Source of the DNA: Torpedo marmorata | Taxonomy: Eukaryota | Assembly (NCBI GenBank): GCA_977017645.1 | Contig: OZ360219.1 | Location: 120,156,001-120,220,000 of the forward strand | Reading direction: 5' to 3' | Length of the DNA: 64,000 bases | Shown: positions 38,480 to 51,320 of the stretch, piece after piece | Layout of the letters: each line of letters opens with the position of its first letter | How positions within the stretch are numbered: the first letter of the stretch is position 1 | The notes under the pieces: generated by a model | Told to the model about the DNA's origin: nothing | The model's input: the letters and a program-made list of their open reading frames with translations, nothing else | The model's database searches: none | Position numbers and translations under genes: made by a program

Positions 38480-38832
38480 GTTAAACAAGAAAGTTTGTAG
38501 ATGCTGGGGTCGAGTGCAATACACAAATGTGCCGGAGAAACACAGCAGGTCATGCAGCATCAAGAGAAAGTAAAAGATAACCAACATTTCAGGCCTGGAC
38601 CCTTTGTCAGGTTCCACCCATGCCCTCTTGCCTGTTAGTCTGTGCTCCTCCCCGTGCCCCTTCCTCCCTCCTCCCTCTTTCTCCTCCTCCCCCCACCTTT
38701 TCATTCAGGCGCCAGCCTGTTTTGTCTTATTCCTGACGAAGGGCCCAGGCCCGAAACGCTGGTTATGCTTTACTTCCTATGGATGCTGCGTGATCTGCTG
38801 AGTTTCTCCAGCACTTTTGTGTATTGCACCCC
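38480..38832. mobile_element. Penelope-derived element with inverted arms
   Basis: ~38512-38611 is the approximate reverse complement of ~38732-38829; CTGACGA...GAAAC motif. Confidence 0.7.
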
Positions 38833-40592
38833 AAGGAAGTGCCAGCTGTCAAAGCTACCAAAGAGATTGAATATTGGTAAACGTCTCTGACATTCTCAAA
38901 CATTCAAAAACTTAATGTTAAATATACCAATAAAATATTTCAAAATTATTTTCGAATATTTGAAAAATAATCAAAAGAAAAAACACAATTAGGTTTCAAC
39001 CAACATTATTAAATCAAAATAAATAAACATAAATTATATTTACTCTTTTCCCTTTGTTCTCTGTTGAAACAAATGAGCTTGCAAGACTCGCACTCTCAGT
39101 GGACTGAATTTCCCGAGTAACAACTGGAAACCTGGACTCCACAAGAAACACCACATCACAGCACAATTCAGAGGTTAACAGTGTGCAAACACAGAACATG
39201 TTTTCTCGAGAATCCCAAGCCCCCACACAGTTACAGAGATTACCACTGGACAGAACTGTATGTATTTTTGTAAAGGAGCTAATTGTGATTGAAACAGAAG
39301 AAACAATTGATAAAGCAGTCAAAATTAGACACAGATGCCTTTTAACCAACTCTATGAATGCAATTGTAAAGAATCATAAGATGTTTGAGATCACCTAAGA
39401 GAAAATAGTACATGTGAATGCCAGTCTTGGCAGTGTCATCAGCATTCACTCCTGTCTGCCATCAACCCACTGTTTATAGTGCATCCCAACAATTCCATGA
39501 TTCATGGGCAACACCTAGCAAAGCCTTGAACTCTACCATTTAAAACAAGAGAAGAAATGCTTGGATACTCAAACGCTTGTAAGGCAGCCTCCAGTACATG
39601 TACCATCCTGACCAGGAAAAATATAAGCATTCCTCTTTTTACATTAATACACAAAACATCACCTAAGAATTTCCTCAGCACCTCAACATCCTCATTGTTA
39701 ATCATTGGTAATCATTACATACTCAGTTCCTCCTAACATCTGTCTCCCAGAAGTGACTGTGAATATATTGAGACGGAAGTGTGTTAGCATGTCGTGGGGT
39801 TGATTGTTTTAACAGTGTGTAAGCTGTGACATATGGTTGTGAATATGAATGCTGGAATAGTAGTGGTGAAGCACACGTGTGTTAGCTAGACATCCTAACA
39901 TGTGGTTGGATGAATGATGGGTGCCAAAGCGAAAAGCAGCAGCTGTATGTAGTGGGACATTGGATTCGGTTCGTGTACTCAATGGTCAGTTGTGTGAAGC
40001 TTTTCAGCCAATCTTTCCCATTCCCAGGTGCACACTGGCATGGATTTCTTTGGTCACCATGTGCTAGTTAATTCTCAATCAATCTGGATAGCTTAAAAAC
40101 ATAAAAACAGGAGGAGCCACATGGCTCTTCAAATCTGCTCCATCACTCATCAAGATCTTGTATGATCTACCAGCTCAATGCAATTTTCTGGCACCCTTTC
40201 CATACTCCATGATTATATTAATACCCAAAAATATATTGTTGTCTGTTGAGAAGGAATAAAATGAGTTAGCTTCCACAGCCATTCAAAGATTCACCTTCTT
40301 CTGTGTGAGGCAAGTTCTTTTCATCTCAGTACAAAATAGCCAACCTCTTAAACTCATACAATGGTTCCTCGCCCTGCATTCCTCAGACAGGGGAAAAACC
40401 TCCCTGTGTCCAGCCTGTCAAGCCCAAAAATAAACTCTCAACCTTCTAAACTACAGAATGGAGGCCCACTCTCTTCAATCTCTCATAGCAAACCTGCCTG
40501 GAATTAGTCTAGTGAATCTTCACTGCACTCTCTCTAATGCAAATACATCCTTTCCTAGTTAACAAGAGAAAAAAAGTACAGTACAGAAATGA

Positions 40593-41490
40593 GGGGGCAC
40601 GGTTAGCGTTGCGGATAGAGCAACACAGTTACAGTGCCAGCGTCTGTTGTGTGTGGAGGAAACGTGGCCTCCCTACCTGTCTGGAATGTGTGTATTGCGG
40701 GTGGTCACGTGTCCTCCCCGTCTGGAACTTATTTGGAAGATCAAGGTTGGACTCCGGCCACCCATTAGTGCACACCTTGCCGTTGGCTAATTTAAGTCAC
40801 CTAGGGTCATTATTGGCTAGAAGCACAAATTAGCACTGTATATAACACCAACGCACAGCACATTCTTTCTCTCTGCCTCGTGGTCCAAGCCCCGGACATC
40901 GCTCCATGCCAGGTTGCTACTGTGGACATCGCTGGAAGTGTCGCGGGTAAGGTGTGCACTACACTGAAGCTGAGCCATTAGTACTGCGATAGGTTGGTAC
41001 TCGCAGAGAGCCGCAACCCCGTTGGGACAGGGAACCGAGTGTGTGTGTAAGAGTCCCTGTTTGTAGTGTGTGAGCGGGTCGAGTATAGGTTTACCATTGT
41101 CGGAGTCCAACTGAAGTCGAGGTGAATGTCTATATCGTCGCTTAAGTGAAATAGTGATCGAGTTACGTTTAACATTCTCCCCTGTTTGTTTCCCGTGTGT
41201 TAATAAAAGTTACGTGTGATTGTAACACTTGTGTCCAGACTCATCTCTCTGTGAACCCACGGAACTTGATACTCTTCCCAACACGACAGCGTCCGGGGTT
41301 CGAATCTGGTGCTGTCTGTAAGGAGTTTGTACACTCTCCCTGTGTCTGCATGGGTTTCCTCCGGGTGCTCCGGTTTCCTCCCACGTTCCAAAAAAACATA
41401 CTGGGGTTGTAGGTCAATTGGGTGTAATTGGGCGGCATGGGCTCGTGGGCCGAAAGGCCTGCTATCGTGCTGTATGTCTAAAAAAAAGTG
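40593..41490 (+). mobile_element. tRNA-derived SINE split by a solo LTR
   Basis: Head at 40593-40644; B-box ggttcgaatc and body resume after 41293. Confidence 0.8.
40645..41288 (+). mobile_element. Solo LTR (644 bp)
   Basis: TGTTGTGT...ACACGACA termini; 5-bp TSD GCGTC (40640-40644, 41289-41293); TATATAA at 40839; AATAAA at 41202. Confidence 0.88.
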
Positions 41491-42410
41491 ACTGAAGTGT
41501 CAGTGGGCGAGCACTTTGGAATCGGTGACCTTGAAAAATTAATTTTAAAATAGTTATGGAAAAGATAGGATTGGTCCACATGTTAAAGTCTGAAATTAGG
41601 GCAAGGCCAATTTTGGAGCCATTGGGTGGGAACTTGCAGAGGTTGATTGAGAGAGGATGGTTGCATGAAAAGTGACATCTGGCAAGGGGGGAGGCTTTTA
41701 AAAGTGAGATAGTAAGAGTTCAGGGATAGCACGATCTTGTTAGAGTGAAGGACAAAGCTGGCAGACTTACCAAAACCAGATTTATGAGGGATAGTGAGAC
41801 TTTGGTCAGGAAAAGGAAGGAGTTGTATGTCAGATATAAGCAGCTGGGAATGAGTGAATCCGGAGGAGTATCAGAGATATAGAACTAAACATGATGGAAA
41901 CCAAGAGGGCAAAATAAGGAAATGAGTTAGCTCTGGCAGATAAGGTAAAGGAGAATCCTGAGTCACTATACAAGTATATTAAGATCAAAAGGAGAACAAG
42001 GGAGAGAATAGGTCCACAAGGATCAATGTGTGGAGCCACAGGTGATGGACAAGGCCTTAAATGAACACCTTATCTGTAGTTACCATGGAGAAAGTTATGG
42101 AAGATAAGAGTTTAAGGGAAATGAATCATGATGACTTGCAAAATATCTACATTACAAAAGAGATGCTGACAGTCTTAAAGCATTTTAAGGTGTATTTAAT
42201 CTCTAGAGCCTGATCAGTACAGGGGTCCTGGTAGAGATATATGCATCTTCTTTGCCCAAGGGTGACATACTGAAAGGCTGGAGGATGACTAATGTTGTGT
42301 CTTAATTTAAGAAAGGCTGCAAGGACAAGCCAGGGAACTGTAGGTCAGTGAGTCCAACATCAGTGATGTGAGAGCTATGGAGGGGATTCTGAGGGGCAAT
42401 GTCTACACAC
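41490..42410 (+). mobile_element. Degraded CR1-type LINE ORF2 fragment
   Basis: GEHFG..D, KENP..YKYI, ANVV..FKKG.KDKPGN.RSVS remnants. Confidence 0.7.
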
Positions 42411-42704
42411 GAACATTGGTGGTGTTGAGCTCATCCGGAAGAGATGTTTTGCTGCTTTTAATGACACTACTTTATTTTGCCTTTAAGGAAGTGATGGCAT
42501 GCAAGCCCTGTCACAGTTGCCGAGCGTCTGTCTGAGATCCCAGCTTAGTCCAGAAATGTTTTTTTGCATTGGTAATGGCTTTCCAGGGGTTGCATCTGGA
42601 CTTCCTGACTGTCTAGGAATTGCCTGATCTGAATGCCACATATTTGGTCTTCAACAGGTCACAGATCTTTTGGTTCATCCATGGCTTCTGGTTAGAGTAC
42701 AGAG

Positions 42705-43495
42705 TGAAACACGAAAGTATGCAGACGCTGTAATTGTAGTAAAAACACACCGAAATGCTGGAGGAACTCAGCCGGTCTTTTCAGCGTCTATAGGAGACAA
42801 AGATATATTGATGACGTTACGGGCCTGAGCCTTTCTTCAAGGAATAAGCAGAATAAGCCAGAAGCAGGAAATCTCAGAAAGTCTCAGAATTCAAACAGGG
42901 GTCAACCACTGTATCTGGTGCTCCCATTGTGGTCTCCTTTACATCGGAGAGACTGGACGCAGACTGGGAGATCGCTTTGTTGAGCACCTCGGCTCTGTCT
43001 GCCGCAATAGCGTGGATCTCCCAGTGGCCACCCATTTCAATTCTCCATCCCATTCCCTTGCTGACATGTCTGTCCATGGTCTCATGCACTGCCAGACTGA
43101 GACCACCCGTAAATTGGAGGAACAACACCTCATCTTCCGACTGGGCACCCTCCAACCAGATGGCATTAATATCGACTTCTCTGGCTTTTGTTAAACCCCC
43201 CACCCCCTTCTTCCCCCATCGCCTTTCCCTATTTCTGTCTCTCCATTCCGTCTCCTTTCGCACAAACATGATAAATTCTTACCTCGTCCTTTATCATATC
43301 CAATTAACACCTTTTGTTGGTCTGGATTTGTCCCCCATTGTTTGAATTCTGAGACTTTCTGAGATTTCCTGCTTCTGGCTTATTCTTATTCCTTGAAGAA
43401 GGGCTCAGGCCTAAAACGTCGGCAATATATCTTTGTCTCCTATGGACGCTGAAAAGACCGACTGAGTTCCTCCAGCATTTCGGTGTGTTTTTTCT
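42705..43495 (+). mobile_element. Penelope-like element, GIY-YIG C-terminus flanked by inverted pLTR arms
   Basis: YIGETGRRLGDRF.EHL and PVATHFNS...RKLEEQHLIFRLGTLQPDGINIDF; ~42741-42897 inverted against ~43339-43492. Confidence 0.85.
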
Positions 43496-44077
43496 GGTTA
43501 GAGCACATTCGATTGTCTCAGTCAGGACATAATCATCCATGCATTTCTGATAAAGTTGAGAACAACTTCATTCAGGTTAGCTGCAGAGTCTTTGAACTTG
43601 TCCCACACTATCAACTCCAGAAAGCCATGAAACTGCTCTTTTGCCTCTACAGACCAACTCAATACAGTGTTCGCTATCAGTGAATTCTGACTTTGCCTCT
43701 CAGTTCTAAACATCCTACCCCTACCCCTTAGTCTCAAAAGCTGTCCCCTGGTCCTTGACTCCACAGCCAGCAGGAAAACCCTCTGAATATCTAGCCAATC
43801 AACTCTTTCAAAATGTTTAACTTTTGATGACATTTCCTTTCATTCTTCTAAACTCTAGAAAATACAGTGCAAGTTAATTCAATTAACAGTCAAATTGCAA
43901 ATACACCACGTCCTGGAACCAGTCTAATTAATTAATTAATTTTCACTCCACTCCCGCCATGCAGCCAATTTCCCTTAATGCAAGGAAACAAATATGATTA
44001 GGTTTGAAAATACTGCTCAACCATACTTGCAAATGTAGGTGCATGTATACATGTACGTATATACTGTACATATAAAA

Positions 44078-44098
44078 TGTGTGTGTGTGTGTGTGTGT
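44078..44098. repeat. (TG)n microsatellite
   Basis: About 10 TG units. Confidence 0.9.
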
Positions 44099-44876
44099 AA
44101 GGTGATTTTCTTTGTATCCCAAAGCAAAACCACAAAAAATCCCTTGATTTGCCCATAGTACTCTCACCTCCTCTTGGTTCCCAGAAAGAGGGAAATATCT
44201 AAAAAAACAGATACTGTACAATTATATTACAAACTGCTTTGGTATGTCTTCAAATAATTGGCATCCAGCGGAGTGAACAGACAATAAAAGGTATCTCCTA
44301 ATACAAGGATAGCTATTTATTACAATAAAATATGAACTATTCATTGTTTCTTCATCAGAATCAAATATGCATTTGACTACAACAGCAAACCCTTTCCACC
44401 TTCTGGTTTTGTTGAATGCGAACAGGGATACATTAGAATTGTGATCATTGCTGGATTAGTATTCAGAGACTTGGATTATTATCTGAAACTGTGAAATTGA
44501 AAGCAAGTCATGGTAATCACCAGCTGTTATAAAATCCCACCTTGTTTATAAATATTCTTCAGAGATGGAATATTGCTATCCTTACGCAGTCTGCCTTATA
44601 TATGACTCCAGACCCACCAATGTGATCAACTCTTAACTGCCCTCTGAAATGCTAAGGGGCATTTAGGAATAGACAACAAACTCTGGCTTTGAAAAAACAA
44701 TGTCTACATCTCCTCAACAAATAAATACAAAATTATAGTTGAATGTATTATTTTTACAATATGAACGGAAAGTTTTAATGGATTTTAAAGAGAATTGTTC
44801 CTGTCCATTCACTTTGAGCTTTCATTTATCATTTCAATTTACCAAAAATTGTACTTCTGGGACTTTGTTATTTTAC

Positions 44877-44936
44877 CTTGTGGGGCTTTGTGTTTCTCCT
44901 TTTGTATTTCTTAGAGCGTAAATATCTCTCCCTCTC
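44877..44936 (-). CDS. JAKMIP1: JAKMIP1 coding exon, ERERYLRSKKYKRRNTKPHK
   Basis: 60 nt, phase 0, ctgtag acceptor and GTAAAA donor; basic exon resembling ERERLLRSKRHRGKSLKPPK. Confidence 0.9.
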
Positions 44937-45349
44937 CTACAGAACAAAAAGAAAATTGTAATAAAAATACGCAGCTCCAAAATTAATAATCAATTCAATT
45001 AACTGAAATGTCAAGGGCAACCATCGGGGATCAATACTGATCAATCATTTAAAATCAATCTCATTTAAATCAATCACAACACATTCCACTAATATGTTAT
45101 TAATAATAATAGATAATGATTTGTAAGATTTTTTCATCTATAAATATATTTTAAATATGCTTTATTCATAATATATAGGAGTAAAATCAATTGAGACATC
45201 CTTCTCACAGTAGCATTAATTCAATGTTACAATGATCAACCTCACTCATGTTTTCTCCTTAAACAATGCAACTGTGAAGCATTTGAAGCACTGGTTCACT
45301 GGACCCAGAATTTCAATGTCCATTGACAGTAGGACTCTATAGACAGTGA

Positions 45350-45845
45350 TCCTTCTCTACAGAGTCTTTCCTGCACTTTGTAATGGGCCAGTCTGCTGCA
45401 TTCACTTCCACACATCTCCTTACACTGGAAGACCATCCAGTTTCAGGCAGACCAAAGTGTGCCTTTTCACCAAGCTGATAATCTTCCAGCAGCACTCGGT
45501 GTTTGTCTCGGTATGCATCTCTTTGTCACAGCCTGTGATACACAGCTGCTTGGGGTGTACCTCAAGAAGTACCACTGAATCCCTTTCCTGACCTTCTTGA
45601 CAAGCACACAGTCTGCAAGGAGGTGGACTATCATCTCATTTTTATCTGTACCCTGCACTATGATTTTGTACTTTTCTCTAAACTCTGCACTATTTGACTT
45701 ATTGTAACACTATCCTACACTGTTGCCTTATTTATTTATTTGTTATCATTGCACTCTCTGCTGTATGAGTTGACTTCCCTGGATAGCAAGCAAACCAAAG
45801 GTTTTTACTGTATCTCAATACACGTGACGATAAACAATTTAATCT
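45350..45845 (+). mobile_element. Degraded Rex1/Babar-like 3' fragment
   Basis: ttttactgtatctcaatacacgtgacgataaac tail similar to other copies; LTSTQSARR-like remnant. Confidence 0.5.
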
Positions 45846-46779
45846 GCTACGCAGCCATTTTGAGGGCAGCGTGCGGTGGGACTGATTGGTCAGGAACAGT
45901 CCTTCTCACTTCCATTCAAGCAAGGTCTTGGTACTTGCCTGTGAATTCTGGCAATGAGATATTCTGCCAAATAACTTTGACAATCTACTCAGGAAACCAA
46001 GATCACAGGATTCATCGTCTCTTCCGGCCTTTGCTCTTTAACATCTTAGGACAGGGTGAAAAATCGCTTTGTTCTAGAATGCAGTCTGGCAACTTCATAT
46101 GCTGCATCTTTTTCAATGGTGGCCTGCATTCCTTTAAGTGTTGAAATCTCACACTATTTCCACCTGCAAGCTCAATCTGTATTGGGCCTAAAAGCAGCTA
46201 ATTGAACTATTCTTGGAAACGGTTACTGAATTGAAATGCTAATTCTGTATTTCTCCTTCCATTGACCCTGTCCAGCCTGTTGATTATGTTCAGCATCTTC
46301 TGTTCATTTCATTATCTATTTTTGTTCAGAGTTACATTAAATTATCCACTCACAGCTCCCATGGCGTTCCAGGCTCCAAGCTAAATTGGTTATCAGCAAA
46401 ACTGCATGCATGAAAATCATCACGTAAGCAAGATGTGAATGTACAGTGGCCTCCAAACAGAATTTAATGTCATTTACCAGTTTTCCATTTTATTGCCTGA
46501 TCTTATTCTTCTCTGTCTTAAACAGACATGATTTCACTTTCTACTCATCAATTGTGACATCTGGATACAGATATTTTTGACTAAAATATGGCAATGAATT
46601 TACCTTTCAAACTGAAGTCAAATTGCACCCAATTTAAAATCAAACTGATGAACTGAAGAAAGAATTTTTGAGAAATTTTGTACACTGTATAAAAAGCAGT
46701 TCAAAATGAGTCACTAATCTTCACCATCAGCAACTGAAATTCATTCTGCAAAGATGTGAGGAATTACAAAATATCTCAC

Positions 46780-46920
46780 CATTGTTAAATCGTCAATGAT
46801 ATGCTGTTGCTCTACAACCTGGAGTCTCAAGAACTCTATTTCTTGTTCATCTTGCCCTTGGCTCAGATCATTCAATGAAGTATGTCGTCTGAGTAGTCCT
46901 TGAGAAGATAACTTTTCTTT
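46780..46920 (-). CDS. JAKMIP1: JAKMIP1 coding exon, KEKLSSQGLLRRHTSLNDLSQGQDEQEIEFLRLQVVEQQHIIDDLTM
   Basis: 141 nt, phase 0, cag/GTGAGA; RHTSLNDLS and EIEFLRLQV.EQQ motifs. Confidence 0.95.
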
Positions 46921-47054
46921 CTGACAGACAAACAATACATTATTGTACCAAACAACAGTATCTGAATTTTCACACACTTCCAACAAATCATTAGTGGCAA
47001 CGATTACCATGGCAACTTCTTAACTTGCAATGGATTTCATTGTGAACTTCATGA

Positions 47055-47248
47055 TTTTTTTTAAAATATTTTATTTAAAATTTTTAAATCACACAATACA
47101 CAGTTTAAAACGCAAATTTCTCAAATTACATGTGATACATTTTCACCCCCCCCCTCCCTCCCTCCCCTCCCTAATCCTCCCGAAAAGAAAGAAAGAAGAA
47201 GAAAAGGATAGAGTAAGGAGAATGTCAATCTAAAAAGAACAACTATGA
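47055..47248 (-). mobile_element. L1/Tx1-like 3' UTR fragment, same family as 31466-31795
   Basis: Reverse complement shares tgaaaatgtatcacatgta, the GGGA tract and ttagattgacattctcc with the 31.6-kb copy. Confidence 0.75.
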
Positions 47249-47418
47249 TTTGATGCTATTTTTACCCTATTACCCTAGTGACTGTACAGCAATTTCATGG
47301 TTATAAGGCACATGTTATCTGAAGCTGCTGCAACACTGATCCTTAATTAACAGAAAAGGCCAAGAGCCTCGCCATTTTCAGTCAGTCACATTCAGAAATA
47401 AAACAGTGGCCTTAATTA

Positions 47419-47682
<264 letters not shown>

Positions 47683-48289
47683 TTACTATGTGCAATTAAT
47701 TTTATATTTATGTACCATGAAACAAGAAGCCATAGAGCCCATCACTTCTCAGCTGCCTGCTCACAATTCAATCCCATCAGTCCCATGACACCCCTCTCCT
47801 TATTTTCTTATTATGCAAATTCCTTTGATTCTTTTGCCAGTTACCTACACCAATCGATATTTTACAGAAGGATATGGATAAAATGTAGCCAAATGGGTCC
47901 AGCCCAGAATGCCAACTTGGTTAGCATGGACAAGTTGAGCCAAAGGGTCTGTTCCATGCTATATCATTCTATGACTTTACGAATAGCCAATTAACTGATG
48001 AGCATGTATTGAAGATGTGGAAGGAAACCAGAGCACCCCATGGAAACCTATGACGTTATGGGGAGAATGTGTAAGCAGCTGAGAACAGGCAGGACCCAAG
48101 GTCAAACTGGAACATCTGGAGCCATTAGGCAGCAGTACTAAACACTGGATAATTCAACGTAATATAAATTATCTACTTAGTAAATTAATTTATTTCAAAT
48201 CCTTAATTTTCCTTCAATTTGATTGCTTTAATTTTTTTGCTCTAGTATAGAAAATGCTTGATACACTTTGCAGGTATCTTCAGGGTCTA

Positions 48290-48451
<162 letters not shown>

Positions 48452-50274
48452 CTAATTCAGCATTTAGAGGAAGAAAGCAAATTAAGTTGCTGTTACCAAA
48501 GCAAATACATCAATATCTGGTGGTTGTAAATACACGGAAGCTAATCAATGATTCTGGTAAATACACCAGATCATAAAAAAGCCAATCGCAATCCACAGTT
48601 ATTATTACCGGTAGTTATTCCCTTCTTTTAAGCTACTTCCATTGAACTCATTTGGAACAATGCATGCCATGTGCGTTCTGCCAAGATTAATAATTTGTCA
48701 AAATGTTAAAATGGTAACAATAAATTGGTTTGTATTTTAATATTGTTAAATAATACTTGTGTTCCAAAAAAAAGGAAGGGAAAGTCCCATGGTTTATATA
48801 GCACAGATCTTTCAGCTGAGCTTAGAAACTGATCAAAGTTACGGGGCAAGACCCTTTTTGTCTACAAGCTCTGCATGGACAGGGAGAGTGAAGATGGAGA
48901 AATTAGTCCAAGTTGTATCCATATTCCTGCTGGACAATGGGGACAACTTGTACATTTTTGCATTGCAATATCTGCATCCCTCAGCAACTGGAAAGTCATC
49001 CTGTACTGTACAAAGCAAATCTTCCAGTCATCCCAGCAGCCACCTCAGGTGATAGAAACATCAAACTGAGATAATAAATGCCTGCTTAAAGACCATTTCC
49101 AAAAACCGAACTGCCCTGCACAGGTTGAACACCGAGTTTGCCACCAGAAGCTCTACAAGGAGCAGATGATGCCGACTATGAATGACCTTTCACAAGGTTA
49201 CAGCAGGGTGACGTGGGAACACCGTGGTCATAGCAGCATATGGTTATTTTACTGAAATATTAACCTGCAAACCAGGACCAATGATCCAAAGTTGTGAGTT
49301 CAAATCCTACCAGTAAGAGCAAGTGAAATTAAATCATTCATTTAGTGAATCAGAAATCAAATGTTAACGATGACCATGGAACAATTGGACCTTAATGTAC
49401 CTTTATGGAAGGATATTTGCTGTCTTTTTCCAGTCTGTTCTGCAAGCAATTCCAGCACTGAGCAAATGGTTCACTCTCGAATGACCAAACAAGGCACTCA
49501 GCTGAATGTGAGAGCTGGTCCATCACCACTTTCTATAGGCCAGCTAAAAAATGTGGAGCTTCACAGAAATTCTCTCATGATTAAACCTCATAAAATAGAG
49601 TGAGTGCTCCTTCTGACATGTGAAAGAAAATAAGTTGCGGGGTTACAGGAAAATACGAGGAGGGGGGAGATAATGAACTGATGGCATTCCTCTGATAGAA
49701 GCTGACATCGTTGTGATGGGCCAAGTGGCCTTCTTTTGAGTCATAATAAGTCAGCAGTAGCTTCACAACAAATGTCAGCATATTCAATCCTTCCATTTGC
49801 CTTCCTATTCTAAAATCATTTTAGGACTTCTCCTGGGAAGGGGTTCTGCATAAACCCCTTTTTGCAAATATGGGCAATCTGTCTCCATTTTGATGACACA
49901 CGAAACAAAGACCCACTTTCAATCAAGTCTTCAACCCAATCTCCTCAGACAGAAGGGTTCTTGGAGGCCATTAGAAAATAATATAAAATGAAAGCTAGTC
50001 ATCCAGTCCTCAATAAATCTAGCCCAACAAATAACCTTACCCAGACCAGCAAACACAGCGGTTGGTATAAATAACTGAAGATCATGGAGCTACTGTAGGA
50101 AGTATCTTTCTGAGAATGGGATGGGAAAATCCAGTTAATTCTTCCAACTTCTTTGATCTCAATTATAACTGAACTCTCTTGAGAATCCTAACATTGACAG
50201 AGTGCAGGTTTGAAAAGTGTTCTGATACCAAAATATCTTGGCATAGATGGTGTTTCCGGTCTGAGACTATCTAC

Positions 50275-51320
50275 AAACTAATCCCCAAGCTATGTGGTCA
50301 GCACCCCTCCCTGCAATTAAATCCATGACTCTCTATCCCGCAGGCCACAATCAGTGAGGAGTGGTGGCAGCACCTCCTCACGATCATCCTCAACACTGGG
50401 GCACCTCAAGGATGTGTAATCAGTCCTCTACTATACTGCCTGTACACCAAAACTGTGTGGTCAAACATAGCTCCAACTCCATCTATAAATACACAGATCA
50501 CACCGCTGTCATAGGCAATATTTCTAACAACGATCATGGAGAACATAAGAGAGCTTTGGGGCTTTGTGGCTTGCTGCCTGGACAACAGTCTCTCTCTTAA
50601 TGTCAGAAAGAGCAAGGAGCTGGTCATAGACTTCCAAAAGGTGGGACAGAGCCCACTCCTGATCCACATCAATGGTGCAGAGGTGGAGAGAGCAGACATC
50701 TTTATATTCCTTGGGGTAAATATCTGCTGTGACTTGTCCTGGTCCACCTACATTGATGCAATGGTCAAGAAAGTGCACCTGCACCTCGACTTCCTCAGAA
50801 GCCTGAGCAAATTTGGCATGTCACCAACATTCCTTAACAACTTCCACAGGTGCATTATTGAAAGCATCCTATCAGGGTGCAATACTGCATTGCACAGGAA
50901 CTGCTCCACCCAAGACATCAAGAAACTGCAAAAGGTTGTGAATGTAGCTCAGGCCATCACACATTCCCCCTCCACACCATTGAATCCATCTATAACTCCC
51001 ATTGCCAACACATTCAAAGATTCATACCCCGGCCACACTCTCTTCCTGTCAGGAAGAAGATTCACAAGTGTGAGACCATGCACCACCAGATTTGAGGCCA
51101 ATTTCTTTCCTGCTGTTATCAGACTCCTGAATGAACCCCCAAAATACAAAAATTATTTTGCCTTTGCTCCATACCAACTGATCTCTCTCTGTAACTCTGC
51201 ACTTCTGCCCTGTGCTTTACGTGTACAAAGTATGAGATGTTCACTGGCCTGCTCGCAAAACAACCTCCATCACTGCATTTTTGATACACGTGACAATAAG
51301 TGTGAGCTTGAACTTGAGTT
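50275..51320 (+). mobile_element. Degraded Rex1/Babar-type LINE
   Basis: [26 protein letters not shown] and FLGVNI..DLSW (ORF 50536..51387). Confidence 0.85.
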
